In this document: positions 1-6,652 of the stretch, piece after piece
Position numbering within the stretch: position 1 is the first letter of the stretch
Layout: every line of letters begins with the position of its first letter
From: a virus
Taxonomy: Duplodnaviria > Caudoviricetes
IMG/VR virus record: IMGVR_UViG_3300007538_000117
Coordinates: 1 to 29,883 of that record
Length of the DNA: 29,883 nucleotides
Reading direction: 5' to 3' (one strand)
Notes under the pieces: generated by a model
Seen by the model: the letters and a program-made list of their open reading frames with translations, nothing else
What the model was told of the DNA's origin: nothing
The model's database searches: none
Translations under genes and position numbers: made by a program

Positions 1-48
1 AAGGTTCTCCTTTGCCCCACAGAAGGGGCACGGTTTCAGGTTAACCAT
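1..48 (-). CDS. Partial (5' end only) Lar-family restriction-alleviation-like zinc-ribbon protein
   Basis: Not in ORF track. ATG at 48 with AAGGAGG SD overlaps the stop of the upstream gene. It reads MVNLKPCPFCGAKENL and runs off the window. LKPCPFCG is the typical N-terminus of Lar-family proteins. Confidence 0.7.
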   Translation of the reverse strand, partial: MVNLKPCPFCGAKENL

Positions 49-511
49 TGTCGTCCTCCTTCTGCCCCGGCCAGCCGGGGCCCGAATCCCCGAAGAGCTC
101 CTCGACCACCTGAAGAAGGCTCTTAGCCTTCGAGCCCTCCATGTCCTCAGCGATCTCGTACATCATCTCCAGCACCCTCGTAAGGACGGAAGCATAGGCG
201 ACCGCACAGGAGGTGACGACCTCAACTCTCGTGGACTCGCTGGAAGCGAGCTTCTGCTTGAGATCGCTGGTGATCTCATCGAAGGCGTCGCCCCAGGCAT
301 CAGCCTTCTCTTCCGGCACGTGCTCGCCACGCTCCATGGCGAGGTGCATGATGCGGGCTATCGGCTCCCCGATGTCCTCTACGAGGTCCTGCCTGACTCC
401 GGAATCGGCCTTGCTGTCGAAGGTGAGCTGTGCGAAGTCGAGCAACACGTTCCGTGCGGTCGTGATGCAACGCAGGGGTTGTTCCATGGTCATGAATGCG
501 GGGCTCTTCAT
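41..511 (-). CDS. Hypothetical helical acidic protein (156 aa)
   Basis: ORF with GGGAGG SD and TAATG coupling to the upstream gene; co-oriented operon. Confidence 0.8.
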   Translation of the reverse strand: MKSPAFMTMEQPLRCITTARNVLLDFAQLTFDSKADSGVRQDLVEDIGEPIARIMHLAMERGEHVPEEKADAWGDAFDEITSDLKQKLASSESTRVEVVTSCAVAYASVLTRVLEMMYEIAEDMEGSKAKSLLQVVEELFGDSGPGWPGQKEDDNG

Positions 512-966
512 TACTTTTTCCTCCCAGTTTCGATGTCCTTAATGAGGTCCTCAAGGGAGATAACTCCCTTGCTGATCCGGTCGGTGCTCGGCTTTTCCTC
601 GTCCTCGTCCTTGTCCTCGTTCTTCGTGTTACGCTCGATCCACGTGTCCTCACGGGCGAGTTGCCCCAGTACCATGAGAGCCAGGGCCAGAGCGGCGTTG
701 CCTACGGCAGTCATTCGCTTGGCCTCGTCCTCCATGCCATCCACTGCGGAGCGCATATTCCCCAGAGCTTCGAGGACTTCTGAGTCCTCGCTCTGCGCTG
801 AGATTGCGAACAGCAGATTGTTGAGGGCGATCGTGAGGTTCGCAATGGTCTCACCATCGTTCTCATCGTGGTTCACGGTAACCCGTGAAATAGATGCGAG
901 AGTGGCCCCCAGTACCGTATGTGCCGAATTGCACATACGCATGATGTTCTTGATTTTCTTATCCAT
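511..966 (-). CDS. Hypothetical helical protein (151 aa, start MDKKIK)
   Basis: AAGGAG 8 nt before ATG at 966; start trimmed from 975. Confidence 0.8.
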   Translation of the reverse strand: MDKKIKNIMRMCNSAHTVLGATLASISRVTVNHDENDGETIANLTIALNNLLFAISAQSEDSEVLEALGNMRSAVDGMEDEAKRMTAVGNAALALALMVLGQLAREDTWIERNTKNEDKDEDEEKPSTDRISKGVISLEDLIKDIETGRKK

Positions 967-978
967 GCTCGTCACTCC

Positions 979-1854
979 TTACCGGGATTTGATTCCCTTT
1001 TTCTCCTTGATTTTATCAAGGGTGCTTCTGATCCAGACGACGATTTCATCATCGCTGGCGCTGTCCCAATCCACTCCATCGGAGTGGATGTCTTTGATGT
1101 GGTGGTCCACACCCAAGTCTTTGAGGTACTTCTCAGGCATGCTGGTGGTACTCCCGTATCCACAACCGAAGGTTGAGTCGAAGTCCTTTCGGGCCTCTTT
1201 GATGCCGAAGCATCCCCTGCGGAACGTGGAAGGGTGTGCCATGCACATCGCCATTCGCTCGTCACTCGCCATCACCCCAGCCTTTTTGATGTTGGCAACG
1301 ATTGAGGTGACGTCTCCCTTGTTGTCGTAACTGGTCCAAAGACCAGTTACCTCGACTGAGATTCCACTGTTCTCAAGCACCTTCACGAGTGCCGCAATCG
1401 CCACGCCACGGGTCATGTAAGCAGTCGCTTGCATGTGTCCCAGTGTAGCACACTCGACACCCAGCCTGATCTTCGTACCGTCTGCGGTACGAATCCGGCG
1501 CTTCCTGGTCATGTGGCGCTTATCCCCAGCGATAAATCGCTGAGGATGAAGCACCGGACCGGCAACAGACACGCTCTTCGTGATACGCTCACCCGCAAGG
1601 ATGGCGTTCACTCTGCCCAGCCGTGCCGTGATCTGACGCAACTGGGTCGCTCCTTCGACCCAGCCCTTTGAGGTTCCCATTGCGAAAGCCTCCTCGAAAG
1701 AGGAGGTTTCAGTGAAAGTCTCCGAGCCGGTACGGCTCGAATTGCCGCTTCCGTCGCACTCCCTGTCACGTGAGGCTCTCCACATGTCCTCAACGCAGTT
1801 GAAGTAGGCCAGATGCAGTCTGGGTTTCGGCGTGTGCCACGGGTTGTTAAGCAT
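979..1854 (-). CDS. Degenerate vWA-like partner of the MoxR-type ATPase (291 aa, start MLNNPW)
   Basis: AAGGAG SD; start overlaps the ATPase stop. Alternating beta/alpha pattern (KIRLGVEC / RGVAIAALVKVLENSGISVEV / HPSTFRR / GYG) typical of phage vWA-like proteins next to MoxR ATPases. A canonical DxSxS MIDAS motif is absent. Confidence 0.65.
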   Translation of the reverse strand: MLNNPWHTPKPRLHLAYFNCVEDMWRASRDRECDGSGNSSRTGSETFTETSSFEEAFAMGTSKGWVEGATQLRQITARLGRVNAILAGERITKSVSVAGPVLHPQRFIAGDKRHMTRKRRIRTADGTKIRLGVECATLGHMQATAYMTRGVAIAALVKVLENSGISVEVTGLWTSYDNKGDVTSIVANIKKAGVMASDERMAMCMAHPSTFRRGCFGIKEARKDFDSTFGCGYGSTTSMPEKYLKDLGVDHHIKDIHSDGVDWDSASDDEIVVWIRSTLDKIKEKKGIKSR

Positions 1855-3364
1855 GCTTGACTCCTTCCCTGACTCTGTCAGCATCGTTCTCGTCCATCCA
1901 GCCGTAGACGATGTCCTCGACAGCCTCTTCGAGTGACAGGCCACGTGCGACCGTCTGAGCCACCTTCATCGTCTGCCTCTGGCCGACGATGTAGTTCATG
2001 CCGAACTCGTCGGTGACCTTGCGAATCTTCTTGATCGCATTGTGCGACTCCTTCGCCTGACGCTCGTTACCACCCCACGCCAGCGAGGCACGAATCGCCA
2101 AGCACTCTTCGAGGTACTCGTCATACGGCCACGCAACCGGGATCAGCCGGTTCGCAAACGAACCGTCCTGCTTGTTCGCCGTGTTGTAGATGGAGTCAGC
2201 GCCACTGAGCTTCGTGTTGCCCGTGAGAACGATCTTGCAACCGTCCTTTTTCTCGACCTGTTCCCCGTTGGGGAACGTCAGCAGTCCCTGTTCCGTTGCG
2301 GCATTCAGGAACACCGTGACCTCACCGGGAGCCTTATCGACTTCGTCGATCAGGATGAAGTGACCTTCGCACCACGCGTGGTAGAAGGGGGTCGGGTTGT
2401 ACTTGCCGTGCCCATCGTTGTACCCAACGATGTCGTACACCGTCATGTCACCAGTACAGGAGATGATCGTCAGGTCCAGATCGTAGATCCTTGCCAACTG
2501 GCGGCTGGCTTCGGTCTTCCCGCTACCGGCGGGACCGTTGAGGTAGATCGAATCGCCACCGTCGAGGTAGAACTGTGCCTTCTTAAGGCACGTGTGAGCC
2601 AACTCCAGGGTCGGCTCTCCCGGGGCGGGATCGACACGCTTGACGACCGAGGGCATGGTGGACTTGTTGAGAACACCCATGATAAGGTCTTCGACCTTTT
2701 CTTGGGTGATGCCCATCTTGCTGAGTTCGTTCTTGACCTCATCACCGATGGATTCGGTGATGATGGCCTTGAGAATGCCATCGAGTCCGGTGGCGGCGGC
2801 AGGTGCGGGGGTGGGGGTCACGGGTTGCGTCACGGTAGGCTCCTTAACGGGTTCGGGGGTCGGTTCAGCCAAAGGCCATGGCGGCGGTTCCATTGTATGA
2901 GCAATGGACTCAGCGACAGCGGTCATGTTGTCCGTATTGAGACGGCCAATGTTGGCACTTTCAGTGTCGAAGTACCAGACGTCAGTCGGGTGGGCAACTG
3001 TCTGATCGCCACAGACGAAGGTTGGGCAAGCCTCAGTCACATCGAACATGAGTTTCAGAGCTTCGCTCATGAAACTATCGCTTCCCAGTTTTCCGGCGGT
3101 GGCGGCAATCTGGCGGGGTTTCACCCCGGTCCTCAGTCGTTTCACGATCCGCTCTACGAGCTGTTCCTTGCGTGCGTGGTTGTACCACGTGGCGGAAATG
3201 TCGAAGGCGGCGCAGAGCTTTTTAAGCTCTTTGGTGGTGTGGTTGCCCACCAGCGCCATGAGGCTGGATTCCGAAACGGGTGGCGCCACAAGAATGGTCT
3301 TGTGGCTATTGAATCGAGTGTTGTCGTACTCAGCGACAAACGCATCATGGAATGATTTACTCAT
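1847..3364 (-). CDS. MoxR/CbbQ/CobS-type AAA+ ATPase with long N-terminal extension (505 aa, start MSKSFH)
   Basis: Walker A GPAGSGKT, Walker B ILIDEVD, sensor LTGNT, QDGSFANR arginine-finger region; GGAG SD before ATG at 3364. Confidence 0.9.
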   Translation of the reverse strand: MSKSFHDAFVAEYDNTRFNSHKTILVAPPVSESSLMALVGNHTTKELKKLCAAFDISATWYNHARKEQLVERIVKRLRTGVKPRQIAATAGKLGSDSFMSEALKLMFDVTEACPTFVCGDQTVAHPTDVWYFDTESANIGRLNTDNMTAVAESIAHTMEPPPWPLAEPTPEPVKEPTVTQPVTPTPAPAAATGLDGILKAIITESIGDEVKNELSKMGITQEKVEDLIMGVLNKSTMPSVVKRVDPAPGEPTLELAHTCLKKAQFYLDGGDSIYLNGPAGSGKTEASRQLARIYDLDLTIISCTGDMTVYDIVGYNDGHGKYNPTPFYHAWCEGHFILIDEVDKAPGEVTVFLNAATEQGLLTFPNGEQVEKKDGCKIVLTGNTKLSGADSIYNTANKQDGSFANRLIPVAWPYDEYLEECLAIRASLAWGGNERQAKESHNAIKKIRKVTDEFGMNYIVGQRQTMKVAQTVARGLSLEEAVEDIVYGWMDENDADRVREGVKHA

Positions 3365-3542
3365 GGTTTGCTCCATTCTGGTTGGGGTTATCGTGATTAT
3401 CATCACGAACCGGACGCTTTTCCAGCGCCTTGTTGACCAAGTCTCTCAGCTCCTTGGCTGAGAGATCGGTGAGATCGTCGTGGATTCCCAGGTCCTTGCA
3501 AAGCTGTATCATGCTTCGCATGTCCATCTTGAGGTTGTGCAT
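3357..3542 (-). CDS. Small protein, possible HEH/Rho-N-like helical fold (61 aa)
   Basis: AAAGGAGCA SD; stop overlaps the ATPase start; pattern MIQLCKDLGI...LSAKELRDLV. Confidence 0.75.
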   Translation of the reverse strand: MHNLKMDMRSMIQLCKDLGIHDDLTDLSAKELRDLVNKALEKRPVRDDNHDNPNQNGANHE

Positions 3543-3563
3543 TGCGTGCTCCTTTCTACTCTT

Positions 3564-3599
3564 GAAAAATCATCCCCCACTATCGTGGGGTGATTTTTC
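3564..3599 (-). promoter_or_regulatory. 36-nt leader hairpin (9-bp stem, GA bulge, 6-bp stem, 4-nt loop)
   Basis: Minus strand GAAAAATCA CCCCAC GATA GTGGGG GA TGATTTTTC, 21 nt upstream of ATG 3542. Confidence 0.75.
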
Positions 3600-3684
3600 T
3601 TTCTGAATGAATTGAGAGCGCGCACACGTGCGGGCGATTTGTTTAGTCATCACAGGAGCGACCGAACGACACCGGCGCCCGCTC

Positions 3685-3714
3685 AAAAAAAAAGGGGGAG
3701 CCCGAAGGCTCCCC
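3685..3714 (-). terminator. Rho-independent terminator
   Basis: GGGGAGCC-TTCG-GGCTCCCC followed by C and T9 on the minus strand, just after the stop at 3722. Confidence 0.93.
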
Positions 3715-3721
3715 GTGGCGC

Positions 3722-3889
3722 TCAGTCCCCGTCCCACTGTTCCTCGCACCACTTCTGGAAGCGGTGGTGGAGTTTGTAGAAAGAGATACTGAGCAGGTTG
3801 TGGAGATTGTAGAGGTGGTTAAGCCTGACGATGAGCCAGACTAACACCCCCGTAATCCCCAGCAAGTAAAGATCAATGAGGAACTGCAT
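3722..3889 (-). CDS. Small membrane protein (55 aa), below ORF-track cutoff
   Basis: MQFLIDLYLLGITGVLVWLIVRLNHLYNLHNLLSISFYKLHHRFQKWCEEQWDGD*. TAATG coupling with the upstream gene, AAGGAG SD, ends just before the terminator, N-terminal hydrophobic helix. Confidence 0.8.
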   Translation of the reverse strand: MQFLIDLYLLGITGVLVWLIVRLNHLYNLHNLLSISFYKLHHRFQKWCEEQWDGD

Positions 3890-4251
3890 TAATACTTCAG
3901 CTCCTTCTTGATACAGTCGGCCATCATGGTGAGGGCCTTCAGCCCAGCTTTACGCAAGGGCTCCTTCTGCCGGAAGGTGTCGATCATGTGGTCGGCGATG
4001 GCCGTACCCAGGTTTTCGATGATCGCCCTCTCTTTAGGAGACTCCGGTTCCGGGGTCATCCTTTCGAGGATATCGAATACGGTCCAGAGGTCCCACTGAG
4101 CCGGTCCAGGCGAACGCCAGCCGTGGGCGTTGCCTTCCTTGACCATTTTGTAGAACTCTTCCAGTGAGTCCGCTACCGCTGTGTGCAGGGATTCACGCTT
4201 GGCGCGCAGGGCTTCACCCTTGGCGCCCCTTTTTTTGGATTTGGTTGGCAT
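3889..4251 (-). CDS. Hypothetical protein (120 aa)
   Basis: AAAGGGAGCAAAAATG SD/start; phage-typical codon usage. Confidence 0.85.
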   Translation of the reverse strand: MPTKSKKRGAKGEALRAKRESLHTAVADSLEEFYKMVKEGNAHGWRSPGPAQWDLWTVFDILERMTPEPESPKERAIIENLGTAIADHMIDTFRQKEPLRKAGLKALTMMADCIKKELKY

Positions 4252-4267
4252 TTTTGCTCCCTTTCAG

Positions 4268-4322
4268 GTTATGGGGAGGGCCAAATGACCCCCCCCGGTT
4301 AACGGCCAGCGGGTGCCAGCCG
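4268..4322 (-). promoter_or_regulatory. Two adjacent intergenic hairpins (4268-4303, 36 nt; 4303-4322)
   Basis: Minus strand GTTA ACC GGGGGGGGTC ATTT GGCCCTCCCC A TAAC and CGGCTGGC ACCC GCTGGCCG. Both need G-U pairs that form only on the minus-strand RNA. Confidence 0.65.
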
Positions 4323-4325
4323 AAC

Positions 4326-4724
4326 TTAGTCGAACATCCTCCTCAAGGCGGCGCTGAACTCGATCGCCTCCTTTTCGGAGAGGATGGCACGGTGCTCCGG
4401 ACGGATGTCCAGGCACCCCGCCGCCATGTCATCAAACATCAGCTCGAACATCTCCCAGATCTCCTCGTCGGAGACCTGGCCATTGACGAACGCGTGCGCG
4501 TACGCCAAGCGGGTGGTGGCATTCGCCAGGAGGTAGCCCGTCTCCGGGTCGTCCTCGAAGCTGGCCTCCACGAACTGTTCCATCGAGAGACAGAACTGGT
4601 CCATGGACTCGACGATCTGCACCACGTCGCCCGGATTGGGGTCCAGCCCGGCCTCAATGGCTTCCCGGTGGGCGGGAACCAGCTCGCAGAGGGTTTCGGC
4701 GTAGATTGAAATTTGATCGTACAT
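4326..4724 (-). CDS. Highly acidic hypothetical protein (132 aa)
   Basis: AAAGGAGCAACGCCATG SD/start; by manual count 28 D/E versus 7 K/R. Confidence 0.85.
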   Translation of the reverse strand: MYDQISIYAETLCELVPAHREAIEAGLDPNPGDVVQIVESMDQFCLSMEQFVEASFEDDPETGYLLANATTRLAYAHAFVNGQVSDEEIWEMFELMFDDMAAGCLDIRPEHRAILSEKEAIEFSAALRRMFD

Positions 4725-4761
4725 GGCGTTGCTCCTTTAATAAGGTGTTAAACATAAGCGA

Positions 4762-4797
4762 GGCTAATTCCCCGCTCGGTTTATTGGGGAATTAGCC
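4762..4797 (-). promoter_or_regulatory. 36-nt leader hairpin (perfect 12-bp inverted repeat, 12-nt loop)
   Basis: GGCTAATTCCCC-N12-GGGGAATTAGCC upstream of gene 4724. A second small hairpin TTAGCC-N6-GGCTAA lies at 4805-4822. Confidence 0.7.
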
Positions 4798-4839
4798 GTG
4801 GTGGTTAGCCTCAAAGGGCTAAGGTCGAAAAGAATTTTC

Positions 4840-4869
4840 TTGACAACGATAATTTCGGGGACACATAAT
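4840..4869 (+). promoter_or_regulatory. Sigma70-like promoter
   Basis: TTGACA (4840-4845)-N18-CATAAT (4864-4869) in AT-rich DNA upstream of the + strand gene at 4932. Confidence 0.6.
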
Positions 4870-4931
4870 ATAGGTTATGAGGGGTCCGGAATGGTTTTAC
4901 TGCTTACTTAGCTAGTCCAACAGGAGATAGG

Positions 4932-5318
4932 GTGAATAATATAATAAGCCAGCCTGAGGATGATTATCCTATCGAGGCTGAGAATGAGGATAGTGGACTA
5001 CCCTCGCCCTCGGCCAACAGTGAGGATAAAACAACTGAGGCACTTGGTTCCATTGTGCTAGATATGGCTATAAAGCTACAAAGAAACCGAAAGACGCCCC
5101 TCTCAGAGAAAGCCAACATCCTATCGAAGTTGGTCAAAGCCCATTCGGACCTAGTCAAGAGTCGACGCACGATAAATCCTGAAAGCGTCAGGATAAATGC
5201 AGGCGTGATCTTGATCCCCGGTAAGAGCGAGGACTGGGAGAACGCGGCCAAGCGTGAACTCGACCGCGCCCAGAACCTCATCAACCCGCCTAGCCCATCT
5301 CCTTCTGAAGAGCCTTGA
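4932..5318 (+). CDS. Candidate terminase small subunit (128 aa)
   Basis: AGGAG SD plus GTG start and own promoter. Two central helices and the C-terminal GVILIPGKSEDWENAAK resemble TerS C-termini. No other TerS candidate is evident near terL. Confidence 0.55.
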   Translation: MNNIISQPEDDYPIEAENEDSGLPSPSANSEDKTTEALGSIVLDMAIKLQRNRKTPLSEKANILSKLVKAHSDLVKSRRTINPESVRINAGVILIPGKSEDWENAAKRELDRAQNLINPPSPSPSEEP

Positions 5319-5553
5319 ACATGTAGATGCGGGCCTTCCGGCTGGGGCAGTGCCCGTCCTCGAACTTGCAGTCCAGCATCTGCCTCGTGAAGGCGTGGGC
5401 GAGGGACTGATGAACACCCTGGAGAACGAGCGCCTCGTAGACGTCCTCAGCCAGATTCGCGACCTTTAGGGCGTCCTTCGACCGGCTCTTTGAGAGCCTG
5501 CCGATTCGGCGCTCGGTCTCGACCTTCTGCTGGGCTTTGTTCGCGGTAGTCAT
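5290..5553 (-). CDS. Basic hypothetical protein (87 aa)
   Basis: AAAAGGAGCAAATCATG SD/start; 29-bp tail-to-tail overlap with 4932..5318. Confidence 0.8.
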   Translation of the reverse strand: MTTANKAQQKVETERRIGRLSKSRSKDALKVANLAEDVYEALVLQGVHQSLAHAFTRQMLDCKFEDGHCPSRKARIYMFKALQKEMG

Positions 5554-5582
5554 GATTTGCTCCTTTTGTTGAGTGTGAATGA

Positions 5583-5618
5583 GGGGCGAGTCCCCTCGCT
5601 TTGGAGGGCGCTCGCCCC
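5583..5618 (-). promoter_or_regulatory. 36-nt leader hairpin (8-bp stem, CG/GA internal loop, 5-bp stem)
   Basis: Minus strand GGGGCGAG CG CCCTC CAAAGC GAGGG GA CTCGCCCC upstream of gene 5553. Confidence 0.7.
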
Positions 5619-5697
5619 GGTGGTTGTGAGAGCGTGAGAGGGCGTAGAGCGTAGCCGGTGGAGTGAGGGAGCGACTTAGGCCGGTGTGGTAAGAAGC

Positions 5698-5736
5698 AAA
5701 AAAAAAGGTAAAGAGGGCCCGAAGGCCCCCTTCACC
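5698..5736 (-). terminator. Rho-independent terminator
   Basis: GGTGAAGGGGGCC-TTCG-GGCCCTCTTTACC (13 bp, 2 G-U) plus T9, just after the stop at 5746. Confidence 0.93.
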
Positions 5737-5745
5737 CTATTCGGC

Positions 5746-6066
5746 CTAGTAGCCAACAACCCCCGCAGACTCCAGGATGCCCTTCAGCTCCCAGAGCAAC
5801 TGCTCCTTGGCCATGTCGTAACGCTCGTCGACCCCGACGGGCTCCTCAGTCAGGAAGTCCCGGTACCAGAGCAGGGAGGCAAGGGCCGAGACCCTGGTGG
5901 CCTCGTTGAGGTTGCGCAGGCCAACCCCAGCGCAGTTACGCTGGAGCACCCAGATGTGGTACCGAGCCTTATTGTAGACGGACTCGCACTCGTAGTCGTC
6001 GTCGTGGCACTCGTGGTATTCGTACTTGGAGGTCTTACGCAGTTCGGTTGCTGTGATGACGTTCAT
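5746..6066 (-). CDS. Hypothetical protein (106 aa, start MNVITA), monocistronic
   Basis: AAAGGAGCAAACAATG SD/start at 6066 (track start 6120 lies inside the hairpin); followed by a terminator. Confidence 0.85.
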   Translation of the reverse strand: MNVITATELRKTSKYEYHECHDDDYECESVYNKARYHIWVLQRNCAGVGLRNLNEATRVSALASLLWYRDFLTEEPVGVDERYDMAKEQLLWELKGILESAGVVGY

Positions 6067-6086
6067 TGTTTGCTCCTTTGCTTTGA

Positions 6087-6122
6087 GTGTGGTCTTCCCC
6101 CGCTTTAGCGGGGAGACCACAC
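6087..6122 (-). promoter_or_regulatory. 36-nt leader hairpin (9-bp stem, GA bulge, 6-bp stem, 4-nt loop)
   Basis: Minus strand GTGTGGTCT CCCCGC TAAA GCGGGG GA AGACCACAC, 20 nt upstream of ATG 6066; same geometry as 3564-3599. Confidence 0.75.
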
Positions 6123-6412
6123 GGACTTGCGCTGATGCTCGTGATGTGCTATAGGGTACTAGGGCGCTTTGTGTGAGAGATGCTTCTTATTGATGTCTCC
6201 CCGCACAAATAGGGGTAAAAAATGAAGCTATTAGGACCGAATGTCTCTGGAATCGTGAGTAGTCGCAAGGCGATGAAGATGCCGATGTTCAATAATCGTG
6301 CATTTAGCGTATTGCCGCGTGTGAGGGGCAATTTGCTGGCGTCTGGTGCGTTCAGGGGGAGCAGGATATTGGCGAAGTATCATGGTTTGAAGACCGGAAA
6401 GGTTGGTAGTCG

Positions 6413-6652
6413 ATGAAATTCCGCATAAACCCTGGAGATGAGCTGGTTTTGGAGTATCGGGGGTCGAGAGAAGTGGTGAGTTTCGTTGAGATCGAGGCGA
6501 TGATTGCTTCCCGCAGGCTTGCAGGCTTGCTGGGTCGTGATGTTGTCGTGGATTCCGACGAGGCTGTGGCATCTTCGCACGATCCTGTGAGTGATCTTGA
6601 TGGTGCTCCGGAGGATACTCACGGTCCTGAGGTCGAGGAAGGGCCCTTTTGA
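6413..6652 (+). CDS. Hypothetical protein (79 aa), acidic C-terminus
   Basis: ORF whose stop overlaps the terL start (TTGA). Confidence 0.6.
   Translation: MKFRINPGDELVLEYRGSREVVSFVEIEAMIASRRLAGLLGRDVVVDSDEAVASSHDPVSDLDGAPEDTHGPEVEEGPF

Noticed and set aside
4289-4296. C8/G8 homopolymer as a phase-variation tract
   Set aside because: Intergenic and explained as one arm of a hairpin.
3564-6122. Hairpins as a CRISPR array, integron attC sites or IS200/REP ends
   Set aside because: Copies differ in sequence and are separated by whole genes; no RYYYAAC/GTTRRRY boxes; no cas, integrase or TnpA gene in the window.
6149-6156. CTATAGGG, the 3' end of a T7 promoter
   Set aside because: Upstream bases do not match, there is a single copy, and no T7-like RNAP is in the window.
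6222-6416. 64-aa + strand ORF with ATGA overlap into 6413
   Set aside because: Weak SD, atypical composition, and it lies in the probable divergent control region; cannot be supported as coding, though not excluded.
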